Positions 1 through 10,359 of a stretch of 62,536 nt of DNA are shown here, one piece after another. Both the position numbers and the translations under genes were made by a program. The notes beneath the pieces are model-generated. The model was not told the origin of the DNA. It searched no databases and was given only the letters and a program-made list of their open reading frames with translations. Within the stretch, counting starts at the first letter, position 1. Each line of letters begins with the position of its first letter. The stretch is from Chiloscyllium plagiosum (taxonomy: Eukaryota): contig NC_057720.1 of assembly GCF_004010195.1 (NCBI RefSeq), forward strand, positions 5,641,521 to 5,704,056, in the 5' to 3' direction.

Positions 1-250
1 CTAAGGGGCAACTTTTTCACGCAGAGGGTGGTGCGTGTATGGAATGAGCTGCCAGAGGATGTGGTGGAGGCTGGTACAATTGCGACATTTAAGAGGCATT
101 TGGATGGGTTTATGAATAGGCAGGGTTTGGAGGGATATGGGCCGGGTGCTGGCAGGTGGGACTAGATTGGGTTGAGATAGCTGGTCGGCATGGACAGGTT
201 GGACCGAAGGGTTTGTTTCCATGCTGTACATCTCTATGACTCTATGAATC
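1..250 (+). mobile_element. CR1/HER1-type LINE 3' end
   Basis: FFTQRVVRVWNELP...FKRHLDG C-terminal CR1 motif, then 3' UTR and (ctatgact)n-like tail. Confidence 0.85.
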
Positions 251-257
251 TCTTTCA

Positions 258-568
258 TAGAATCCCTACAATGTGGAAACTGGCCCTTCAGCCCAATATG
301 TCCACACCCAGACCCATTCCTCTACATTTACCCCTGACAATGCACTTAATCTACTCATCCCTGAACACAATGGGCAATTTAACATGGCCAAATCACCTAA
401 CCTCCACATCTTTGGACTGTGGGAGTAAACCAGAGCACCTGGAGGAAACCCACACAAACACAGGGAGAATGTGTAGACTCTACACAGACACTTGCCTGAG
501 GCTGGATTCGAACCCGGGTCCCTGGTACTGTGAGGCAGCAGTGCTAACCACTGAGCTACCGTGCCACC
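258..568 (-). mobile_element. HE1-like tRNA-derived V-SINE
   Basis: Reverse complement of the tRNA head GGTGGCACGGTAGCTCAGTGGTTAGCACTGCTGCCTCACAG...GGTTCGAATCC, then the V-domain and a LINE-like tail. Confidence 0.85.
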
Positions 569-574
569 TCTCAC

Positions 575-898
575 CTTAAATGTATGCCCCTAGTTTTAGA
601 CATTTCAACGCTGGAAGGAAGATTCTGTCTATCAACCCTATCTCTGCCTCTCATAATTTTATAGACTTCTATCAAGTTGCTCCTCAGCCTCAGTTGCTCC
701 AGAGAAAACAACCTGAGTTTTTCCAGCCTCTCCTTACAGCCTCATACCATCTAATCCAGGCAGATTCTGGTAAACGTCTTCTGCACCCTGTCCAAAACCT
801 CCTCATCCTTCCTGTAATGTGGCGACAAGAATTGAACACAATACTCTTAAGTGTGGTCTAACCAAAGTCTTATAATGCTGCAACATAATTTTCTGACT
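575..898 (-). mobile_element. Degenerate CR1-type LINE fragment
   Basis: Reverse complement resembles the CR1 ORF2 C-terminal segment (RPHL...VQFLSPHYRKD...LERVQKTFTR). Confidence 0.7.
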
Positions 899-2129
899 CA
901 GATGGAAATGTGATGACGTAGAGTTCCTCAGTCTTGGTTTTGAAGGGTGCACTGAATTTCCTGACCTTCGCTGCAGCAATCCTGGAACTGTTCTTTAGCT
1001 TCTCTCTACCCTAAGGCCCACACAGGAGAAAACAACCCGTCCTAGAAATTGCTGGGCACATCCATTCCTGACGGATTATGTGCTTGCGAACGGAGAGATG
1101 AACTCACCTTCAGGGAGTATTGTAGAAGGGTATGGATGTTGGAGGCCTCCCGTTGAATGATCCCGTGAAGGGCAGGACGAGGAGAAAAAGATTGGAACAA
1201 AATGGATTTATTTCCATCGTAGTAACCGGGGCTGTTAGTAAAGGTTCCAGCTTCCCAACACATGGCGCATATTGCATTGGGTCCACTCGTGCAGGATAAC
1301 TTCATGCGGCGAATCCCTTGTTGCTTCACGGATAGAAACATCTCATTATGCTTGTTTATTGTGCCAGTTACACCAGATGGCTGCAGGTTATACACTTGCT
1401 TCTTAATCTGCAACTAATTAGCGTTTTAATTGCAAAACATACTGTTGCACTGTAGACCACCCTGGGAGTTTGAAACGAGTTCTGTGCAAATTGTGGTAGT
1501 GCATCAAAGACTCCCTCCTGATTAATCTTGGAGCATTTGGCTATTTTCATCTTGCTGAGAGTGGTCAGAAGGGCGTGAAGTTAGGATAAGGTGCACAGAT
1601 TAACAACATTCCTTCCCCCTACCCGTCCGCTTCTGGAGAAGGCTAAGTGTATCACCGCTGATCCACCAAATATAACCAGCTTGGAATTACAGTAAAACAA
1701 CTGAATAACTAGGGACAACAATAGAAATTCAGCAGAAAAACAAAGCCGGGAGCAAATTACTGCAGGCGTTGGAATATGTGCTGAGACAAAACTACCTTGC
1801 CAGAAAGTGGGGAGATTGAGGAACTTCTGACCAGACGTAGTAGCTGAAGCAAATACCACAAATGCCTTAAAGGAGAGGCTTGAAAGTGCAAGCAGTAGAG
1901 TATTTAGATATGTAAGAAGTTCATGTGGAGCATGAATGCTAGCATAAACTGGTGGGCTGAATGGCCTATATGTGGAAATTATTAACTTAAAACAAAAGCA
2001 ACTTACCAGTGGTTCATGAAATCCTGAATTAAAAATGAGAATGAAAAAGCTGGAAATACTCAGCGGGTCATGGAATGAAGAGTTAACATTTCACGCCAAT
2101 GAACATTGGTTATTTTAGCATTTCAGGGG

Positions 2130-2680
2130 GCATCATAGCACAGCATTTGAGTATTGAGTTGGTCTCCTTATCTGAGGCAGGATGTTCTGCTTATGGAGGG
2201 AGTGAAACAGAGGTCTACCAGACTGAGTCCTAGTTTGGCAGGGCTGATGTATGAAGAGAGACTGGATTAGTTAGGACCATATTCACTGGAGTTTAGGAGA
2301 ATGAGGAAAGGGATCTCATCGAAACCTATGAAATTCTAACAGTATTAGACAAGAAAAATTGCAGGAGGAATGTTCCTCATGGCTAGAACCAGGGGTCATG
2401 GTCTAGTAATATTAGGTAGGTCATTTAGGAGACTGAGAGGAAGAAAAATATCTTCACCCAGAGAGCGGTGATCCAGTGAAATTCACCGCCACAGAAAGCG
2501 GTGGAAGTCAAAACATTAAGTGCTTTCAAGTGGAAGGTAGGCATAATTCTTAGTGCTAAAGGGATCAAAGGGTATGGGGAGAAAGCAGGAACCGAGGACT
2601 GAGTTGTATGATCAGCCATGATCGTATTGAATGGTGGAACAGGCTCGAAGGGCCGAATGGCCTCCTCCTGCTTCTAATTT
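2130..2680 (+). mobile_element. Degenerate CR1-type LINE 3' fragment
   Basis: WSPYLRQDV...LYSLEFRRMR.DLIETY...FTQRAV..WNS motif series and 3' UTR GGCTCGAAGGGCCGAATGGCCT. Confidence 0.75.
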
Positions 2681-3595
2681 CTTGTTGCTGGGTTACTCTG
2701 AAAAGCCTTCATATCTAACTCATATCCTCAGAGATGCGGTGATAGATTCTGTGTGAAAACACGGCAACTGTTGTTTCACGACTGAATGGAAGAATATTGT
2801 TCAGGTTTTTGGCAGAACAAAAATCTCCATGATTTTCTTCGGAGTGTGCATTGAGATCTGTAGGACTGGAGAAACGGCGGGTCACTCTAAAAGGTTTTCC
2901 GTTTGAAAGGCGGCTCCTCTGACAGTGCAGCATTCCCTGGACACCATATTGAAATGTCAGCCTGGATTATGCTCTCAAACCTTGGAGTGAGAGACTGAGC
3001 TCGGGAGTTTTTGGTTTGGAAATGAGAGTATTACCTTTCAATGCTCATATTTGCTTATCCTGCCAGTTTTTTTTTAATCTTGTATAAATTTCCCTGGTGG
3101 TCAGAATGAGCTCTCTGCAATTTGTACAATTCTGGGCATCTGAGTATTTAATTGATTTCAGCCCCTTACGGAGGCTACATCATTTTGTGACAAGTGAATA
3201 AAGCTCAGGGATTACAGACAAATTAAAATGCGGATATAGGTTGGTTAGTTCAATCAGTCCATGTCAATGCTTGTCCTTCGTGAAAGCAGCAGTCCTTGAT
3301 CCCAAATATCTCCCCTATCTGTTTCCCATCTCTCCATTTTCCTCCTTGCTTCAAACAATAGGTGGACATCCAGATTAGGAGCAGGGGTTGGTCATTCAGC
3401 CCCTCCAGCCTGCTCCACCATTCCATAATATCATGACTGATCTAATTTCCCAGCCTTCCCATCCACCTCCAATAATCTTCCCCCCTCCCCTTGCCTATCA
3501 AGAATCTCTTTACCTTTGCTTTAAAAATATTCAAGGACTCTGCTTCCATCACCTTTTGAGGAAGAGAGTTTCAAAGACTCATAACCTTCTGAATT

Positions 3596-3875
3596 AGAGT
3601 TAGAATTAGAATCCCTATAGTGTGGACACAGGCCTTTCGGCCCAACAAGTCCACACTGACCTTCCAAAGAGCAACTCACCCAGACCCATATATTTACTCC
3701 TGACTAATGCACCTAACCTACACATCCCTGCACACCATGGACAATTCAGCATGGCCAATTCACCTGACCTGCACATTTTTGGACTGTGGGAGGAAACCGG
3801 AGCACCCGGAGGAAACCCACGCAGACACAGGGAGAATGTGCAAACTCCACACAGACAGTCACCTGAGGCTGGAAT
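3596..3875 (-). mobile_element. HE1-like V-SINE, head truncated
   Basis: Same V-domain and tail as 258..568; abuts a Penelope fragment. Confidence 0.85.
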
Positions 3876-3879
3876 CTGA

Positions 3880-4650
3880 TGGGCAGGTCCGGTAGGTGGT
3901 GCCAAGTTGGAGGCTTGGGATGGGATAATGTGGGGGGAGGGGAAATGAGGAAGCTGTTGAAATCCACATTGATCCCATGTGGTTGCAGGGTCCCAAGGCA
4001 GACTATGAATATTCCTCCTTCAGGCACCGGGTGGTAACGGCTTGGCAGTGGAGGAGGTCCAGGACCTGCCTGTCCTTGACGGAGTGGGAGGAGGAATTGA
4101 AGTGTTCAGCCACGGGGCGGTGGGGTTGGTGAGTGCGGGTATCCCAGAGATGTTCTCTGAAATGATTTGCAAGAAGGCGTCCTGTCTCCCCAATGTAGGG
4201 GAGACCACACCGGGTGCAACGGATGCAGTAGGTGACATTAGTAGAGGTAAATTTTTGACAGATGTGGAAGGATCCCTTAGGAAAAACAAACAGGCTTTCT
4301 CTATTGCATTGGACATAAAAGAACATATCCCAAGGGATCCTTCCGCATCTGACAAACATTTACCTATACCTCTACCAATGTCATCTGCTGCATCCGTTGC
4401 ACCCAGTGTCGTCTTCTCTACATCGGGGAAACAGCATGCCTTCTTGCGGATTATGTCAGAGAACATCTCTGGGATACCCGCACCCACCAACCCCACTGCC
4501 CTGTGGCTGAACACTTCAACTCCCCTCCCACTCCATCAAAGACATGCAGATCCTGGGCCTTCTCCACCACCAAACTGTTACCCCCCAATGCCTGGAGGAG
4601 GAACGCCTCATATTCCACCTTGGGATCATGCAACCACACAGGATAAATGA
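3880..4650. mobile_element. Inverted pair of Penelope-like GIY-YIG endonuclease fragments
   Basis: Minus arm encodes TSTNVTYCIRCTRCGLPYIGETGRLLANHFREHL...PVAEHFNS; the plus arm (~4328-4650) is the same segment in reverse orientation. Confidence 0.85.
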
Positions 4651-5004
4651 GGGCCTCAACTGGGATCTTGGGTTCATGTCACATTACAGGTGACCACCAT
4701 TGCACTATACACACACACAGATACTCCTACACGCACACTCTCTCACACACAAACAGGCACTCCTACACACACATACATACGGACACACATATACACAGAC
4801 GCGCACACAGACACCCACACACACCCTTATCGACACACACTCCCACACTCACACATGCACCCCCTCACAGACTTAAGACACTCTGCACCCACTACGCACA
4901 CACACATACACTTTCTCACACTCACAACTCCAACCCAGACAGACACACTCACACAGACAGACAAAGACCCACATGCACACATATATTTTGTGGGGTAAAG
5001 TTAG

Positions 5005-5735
5005 GGTGTAGGTTTGCTCGGTGATATCTAGATGTTTCATTGCCTGGCTAGGTAACATCATCAGTGGTGACCTCCAAGTGAAGCAAAGCTGTTGTCTCCT
5101 GCTTTCTATTTATATCTTCCTTCTGGATGGGGTTCCAGGGGTTTGTGGTGATGTCATTTCCTGTTCGTTTTCTGAGGGGTTGATAGATGGTATCTAGATC
5201 TATGTGCTTGTTTATGGGGTTGTGGTTGGAGTGCCAGGCCACTAGGAATTCTCTGGCATGTCTTTGCTTAGCCTGTCCCAGGATAGATGTGTTGTCCCAG
5301 TCGAAATGGTGGCTTTTTTCATCCGTGTGTAGGGCTACGAGGGAGAGAGGGTCGTGTCTTTTTGTGGCTAGCTGGTGTTCGCGTATCCTGGTGGCTAACT
5401 TTCTTCCTGTTTGTCCTACGTAGTGTTTATGGTAGTCCTTGCATGCAATTTTGTAGATGACGTTGGTTTTGTCCATGGAATGTACTGGGTCTTTTAAGTT
5501 TGTTAGTTTTTGTTTGAGAGTGATGGTGGGTTTGTGTGCTACTACGATTCCGAGGGGTCTTAGTAGCCTGGCTATCATTTCTGAAACTTCTTTGATGTAT
5601 GGTAAGGTGGTTAGGGTTTCTGGCTGTGTTTGGTCTGCTTGTCGTGGTTTGTTCTTGAGGAATCTGTGGACTGTATTTTTTGAGTATCCGTTCTTCTTGA
5701 ATACGTTGTATAGGTTGTTCTCTGTTTTCCGAAGT
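5005..5735 (-). mobile_element. Penelope-like element (family C), 5'-truncated; uninterrupted RT C-terminal/linker plus GIY-YIG reading frame
   Basis: ORF 5048..5578 extends upstream without a stop: FKKNGYSK...TLPYIKEVSE...NVIYKIACKDYHKHYVGQTGRKLATRIREH...HHFDWDNTSIL...REFLVAWH. Confidence 0.9.
5031..5064 (-). ncRNA. Minimal type-I hammerhead ribozyme motif at the 3' end of a Penelope-like element (family C)
   Basis: Minus strand reads CTGATGA-t-GTTACCT agcc AGGCAAT-GAAA-CA-TC. All core nucleotides are present; stem II has one mismatch. Confidence 0.65.
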
Positions 5736-6117
5736 TCAATTTGTACTTGCAGGGTTACATTGTACTTTGCTCAAAAACTGCATGCATTCATGTAGAACTC
5801 TGAGCTCAAAAAATACATGAATTCATGTAAAACTCTGTTATTTCACTTTTTAGATTAGAATCAATCTAAACATCATGGCGTAGAAAGAGAACCTTCAACA
5901 TATTGTCTAGCTATCACCATTGTTAACAGCTAACCTGAGAATGCAACTTTTTAAAAAAAGGTTTTGTGATTTACACATGAAAGAAGTGAAACTATCATAA
6001 TGTTTTAACAGATGAAAGGCTTATCAGACAATCAATTTTTCAATGTATAATTTTAGTTATATCACACTGTAAATTTTTGCTATAAACTCTGTGTGTTAGG
6101 AATGAGCCCTCCACTAC

Positions 6118-6152
6118 CACCTGATGAAGGAGTGACGCTCCGAAAGCTAGTG
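6118..6152 (+). ncRNA. Minimal type-I hammerhead ribozyme motif in a Penelope terminal repeat (family B), sense to TTLL7
   Basis: CAC-CTGATGA-a-GGAGT gac GCTCC-GAAA-GC-TA^GTG: 3-bp stem I, 5-bp stem II, palindromic AGCT in place of stem III; predicted cut after 6149. Confidence 0.72.
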
Positions 6153-6824
6153 CTTCCAATTAAACCTGTTGGACTATAACCTGGTGTTGTGTGATTTTTA
6201 ACTTTGTACACCTCAGTCCAACACCGGCACCTCCAAATCATCATAGAATTGTTACAACACAGAAGTTGGGCATTCAGTCCATCATGTTTGCACTGGCTCT
6301 CAAACAAACGTTATGATTTAACTCTGTTCAATTGCCCTTTCCCCATACCCTTGCACATTGTTTCTATCCATATAATTGTCTAATGCCCTCTTGAATGCCT
6401 TGTGTGAACCTGCCTCCTCTCCACTTGCAGGCAGATAATTCCATTTCCTAACTACTGGCTGAGTGAAAATGTGTTTTACTCACATCACATCTGCTACATT
6501 TGTAATTACCTTTAATCTGAGCCCTCTTGTTCTCTATCCCTTTATAATGTGAAAGGTTTCTCCTCATTTGCTCTATCGACAACCCATTCATTTTTCTTAC
6601 ATTGTCAATCCCCCCATACTCCCCACCCTCCCTCTCATACTCCCCTCACGTGCCATATTGCCCCAGTGGCATTTTCTTTTCTGTGTCTTGTTTTCTTGCT
6701 GTCAGTGTAAAGGACCCATTTCTTCCTTTCGCATCCTAATTTATATCCATTTGACATCTCTCTTGGTCTTTTACCATGATGATGAACTCCTTTGTGTTTT
6801 GCACTGGACCTCAATACCATCTTT

Positions 6825-7660
6825 TTTTATTCATTCATGGGTTGTGGGTGTCACTGGCTGGACCAGCATTTATTGTCCATCCCTAATTACCCAGAAGGCA
6901 GTTAAGAGTCAGCCTGGTCTGATGTCCTCATTGGCTAGACCAGGCAAGGATGGCAGTTTCCTTTCCCAAAGGACATAGTCTTGGAGGCATAGAAATGTAC
7001 AGCACGGAAACACATCCTTCGGTCCAACTTGTCCATGCCGACCAGATATCCCAATCTAACCTAGTCCCATTTGCCAGCACTTGGCCCATATCCCTCTACA
7101 CCCTTCCTATTCATATACCCATCCAGATGCCTTTTAAATGTTGTAATTGTACCAGCCTCCACCACTTCCTCTGGCAGCTTAACTCTCTGTGTCAAAAGGT
7201 TGCCCTTTAGGTCCCTTTTGTATCTTTCCCCTCTCATCCTTAACCTATGCCCTCTAGTTCTGGACTCCCCCAACCCACGGAAAAGACCTTGTCTGTTTAT
7301 CCTATCCATGCCCCTCATGATTTTATAAACCTCTATAAGGTCACCCCTCAGCCTCCAACGCTCCAGGGAAAACAGCCCCAGCCTGTTCAGCCTCTCCCTA
7401 TAGCTCAAACCCTCCAACTCTGGCCCCATCCTTGTAAATCATTTCTGAACCTTTCAAGTTTCACAACATCTTTTAGTGACCCCATATAGGATTTTCCCAA
7501 AAATTGATTCATGGTCATTAATTGAGTGCCAATTCCAGATATTTATTAAATTCAAATTAAATTCCACCATCTGCTTCAGCAGGCTTCGAACCCAGGTCCC
7601 CAGAACAGCAGGTTCTTCAGGTTAATAGTCTAGCGACAATACCACTAGGCCATCACCTCT
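6825..7660 (-). mobile_element. tRNA-derived SINE (family B) split by a CR1 insertion
   Basis: Tail CCAGCATTTATTG-CCATCCCTAATT at ~6860 and head part at 7475-7660; continuity broken at GGACATAG / TTAGTGA. Confidence 0.7.
6985..7472 (-). mobile_element. CR1/HER1-type LINE 3' fragment
   Basis: ORF 7061..7429: LEGLSYRERLNRLGLFSLERWRLRGDLIEVYKIMRG...FKRHLDGYM. Confidence 0.9.
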
Positions 7661-8306
7661 CCATTGGTTTCCTTCATTCCTCCACAACCTCTGTCAAAGT
7701 ATATAAAAAAACACATTTCTGATCTATTTCAGTTCTGATGAAGGGTCAGGTTTGAACGTTAATACTTTCTGTCTTCACTGCTGCAGCCAGACCTGCTGAG
7801 TTTCTCAAGGATTCTCAGTGTTTTACATAATGTGTTAAGCTCTGACAGGATTAACGCTGAGGAGTACATTTGGCACTGGTCAGTATGCTGATATTTTATA
7901 GACCCGGGTGAGGGAAGAGCTCTGGATCTTCCCGGAGTTAGACTTATTACCCCAGTCTCCCCTGTTGTCTTAACAGTGATGTCTTTCACTCCAATGTAAC
8001 TTGTACCTGATTGCTATCATGTAATAATCTACATCGTGTTTAAGACAAGAGCTTCTTCTTGTTAAACTATCAAATAGTTTTCTTCTATTGCACTTGACAG
8101 GTCAATTGAATAGGTTAGATCCCAAACTAAAGGAAGGATAATGTTTACAAAGCTTCCGGATGTATCTTTCACCATTGTTCAACAAACATCGTGAAACTTG
8201 TCATGCCTTCATCTCATCTGCCCGATTAGAGCAAGCCTGACTTTGAGTTCTTGTCTGTCTTCCCACCAGTCTGCAGTCTAGTGAATCCATCCTGCGGCTT
8301 CACTAT

Positions 8307-8635
8307 TATAGAATCCCTACACTGCAGAAAGAGGTCATTTGGCCCATCGAGTCTACACTGATTCTTTGAAGAGCATCCTGCCCAGACACAGCCCACTACT
8401 TACCCATGACTAATCCACCTGGCCTGCACATCCCCAGACGCTATGAACAATTTAACATGGCCAATCTACCTAACCTGTACATCTTTGAATTGTAGGAGGA
8501 ATCCAGAGAACTCAGAGGAAACCCACTCAGGCACAGGGAGAATGTGCAAACTCCACACAGATAGTCACCTGAAGGTGGAATTGAACCTGGGTCCCTGGTG
8601 CTGTGAGGCCGCAGTGCTAACCACTGAGCCATCCT
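8307..8635 (-). mobile_element. HE1-like V-SINE
   Basis: Full head, V-domain and tail in reverse orientation. Confidence 0.85.
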
Positions 8636-8659
8636 GCCTTAAATCCTTCTTCTTCTGTG

Positions 8660-8880
8660 TAATTAAGAGTCTAATGATGGCCATGAAACTATTGTTGATT
8701 GTTCACTAACGTTCTTTAGGGAAGGAAAATGCCATCCTTCTCCTGGTCTGGCCTACATGCAACTCCAGACCCACAGCAATATGGTTGACTCTTAACTACC
8801 CTCTGGGCAATTCGGAATGAGCAATAAATGCTGGCCCAGCCAGCGACGCCCTCATCCATGAATGAATGTTTTAAAAAAGC
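8660..8880 (+). mobile_element. tRNA-derived SINE family B, 3' part
   Basis: GTTCACTAAC...CTTTAGGGAAGGAAA...CTCCAGACCCACAGCAAT...GCAATAAATGCTGGCC...ATGAATGAAT. Confidence 0.75.
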
Positions 8881-9012
8881 CCAAAATTGCATTCAGTACT
8901 CCAACTGTGGGTATTGTGTCAATTCCCATGACACGGTTACCAGTAAGAAAAATCACACGTGCAGGAAAGAATGTACTGAGTGCCGTTCTGTTTTTTTATG
9001 TAACATTTGCAG

Positions 9013-9177
9013 AGTCAGCTCTTCATGCACCTGACGAACTATTCTGTCAACAAGCACAACGAGAACTTTGAGCGGGACGAGCAGGCAGACAGGGGCAGCA
9101 AGCGATCAATCAGGTGGTTCACCGAATTCCTTCGCACCAACGATTACGATGTGGCCAAATTCTGGAATGATGTCTCT
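9013..9177 (+). CDS. TTLL7: TTLL7 exon (TTL catalytic domain): SQLFMHLTNYSVNKHNENFERDEQADRGSKRSIRWFTEFLRTNDYDVAKFWNDVS
   Basis: Acceptor ttgcag|AGT, donor TCT|gtatgt; 165 nt, phase 0-0; contains the TTL-family HLTNYSVNK motif. Confidence 0.95.
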
Positions 9178-9474
9178 GTATGTATCAGCATTGCTTAATT
9201 TTTAAAGACAGAAACAAAAAGAGAGATTTGCATTTCTCGAAGAGCGTGCACACTGTCAGGACGACCCAAAGTGCGTTAGAGTTACTGAAGGACTTAATGA
9301 ATTTCAGTCACTGTCTTAAACAGGGGCGTGTCAGCCTCTAGATAAGCACATAGCAAGCCCCCTTATGTCGTAATGTGATCGTGACTAGCTCATCTGGCAT
9401 TTGCGATGCTTACTGTGGAATTATATTTTCCTGGACACTGGGGGTAACTCGTCTACTCTACTTGAAGCTAGTCC

Positions 9475-9830
9475 GATGAGAACGGGTCTGTCGTATGAGG
9501 AGAGGTTGAGTAGGTTGGGCCTGTACACATTGTAATTTAGAAAACAGAGAAGCGACCTTATTGAAACACCTAGGTACTTAGGGGAGTTGACAGGGTTGAT
9601 ATGGACAGGTTGTTTCTTCTTGTGGGAGAGTCTACAACTGGAGGGAATAATAAGACAGAAGTGAGAATGAATTTCTTCTCAGAGGGTAGTAACTCTGAGG
9701 AATTTCTTACCACAGAGGGCTGCGAGGCTAGGTCATTAAATACATTTGAGATTGAGATAGATAGACTTTTAATCAGTAAAGGAATTGAGGATTGAACCGG
9801 CTTCCTGTCCTATGTCTTTTAGTCTTATGA
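9475..9830 (+). mobile_element. Degenerate CR1 3' fragment
   Basis: GLSYEERLSRLGLYTL...DLIET motif. Confidence 0.7.
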
Positions 9831-9914
9831 TTTAAAGTCTTGCTTGAAAGCTCGTTCCTCTGTGCATCCCTCCCTCAGTACATGTATTGGAATATCGGTG
9901 TAGAATTTTATGTC

Positions 9915-9992
9915 AAGATTAGAGTGGTGCTAGAAAAGCACAGCAGGTCAGACAGCATTCGAGGAGCAGGAAAATCGACATTTCGGGCAAAA
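9915..9992 (-). mobile_element. 78-bp Penelope-terminus-derived insertion with 18-bp TSD
   Basis: GGTGTAGAATTTTATGTC at 9897-9914 and 9993-10010 flanks a family A terminal sequence. Confidence 0.85.
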
Positions 9993-10359
9993 GGTGTAGA
10001 ATTTTATGTCCAAGTCTCTGGAATGGGACTTGACGCCACAATCTCTAACTCAGAAGTAAAAGTTTTACATACTGACGTACAGCTGCTGCATTTAATGCTT
10101 AAAGTCAGCTTCCTGTAATGTGAAACCGGTTTTAATGGGAATTATTTAAAGAGTTTCTCCTCTTACGTCTGACAGATTTAATTCTTTCTTCCAGGTATTG
10201 CCAGCTGATGAGGTTTTTGGTTTTGTGTTAGCTACAGGTCATTGACAACATTTTCACGTAGTGTAAATTGGAAAGGCAAATGGAATATTGGCCTTCATTA
10301 TAAGAGGGATGGTGTAAAATACCAGGAAATACTACAGTACGGCAAGGCAGGACAGGATG

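Larger units (their letters stand above)
4655..6240 (+). mobile_element. Penelope-like element 3' region/terminal repeat (family B), with CA-rich tract, interrupted by a family C element
   Basis: CA-rich tract 4708-4982; host sequence resumes at ~5738 and ends in a hammerhead motif plus AACCTGTTGGACTATAACCTGGTGTTGTGTGA, shared with the 29.1 kb and 39.3 kb copies. Confidence 0.6.

Noticed and set aside
4647..5024. His/Thr-rich ORFs
   Set aside because: Translation of a degenerate CA microsatellite; the same holds for 48577-48882.
6760..6800. LLVFYHDDELL resembles the TTLL7 IFLYHDGLV motif of the preceding exon
   Set aside because: No flanking similarity (KFDLRIY, RMGTEKY) and no usable splice sites; the true exon is probably upstream of the window.
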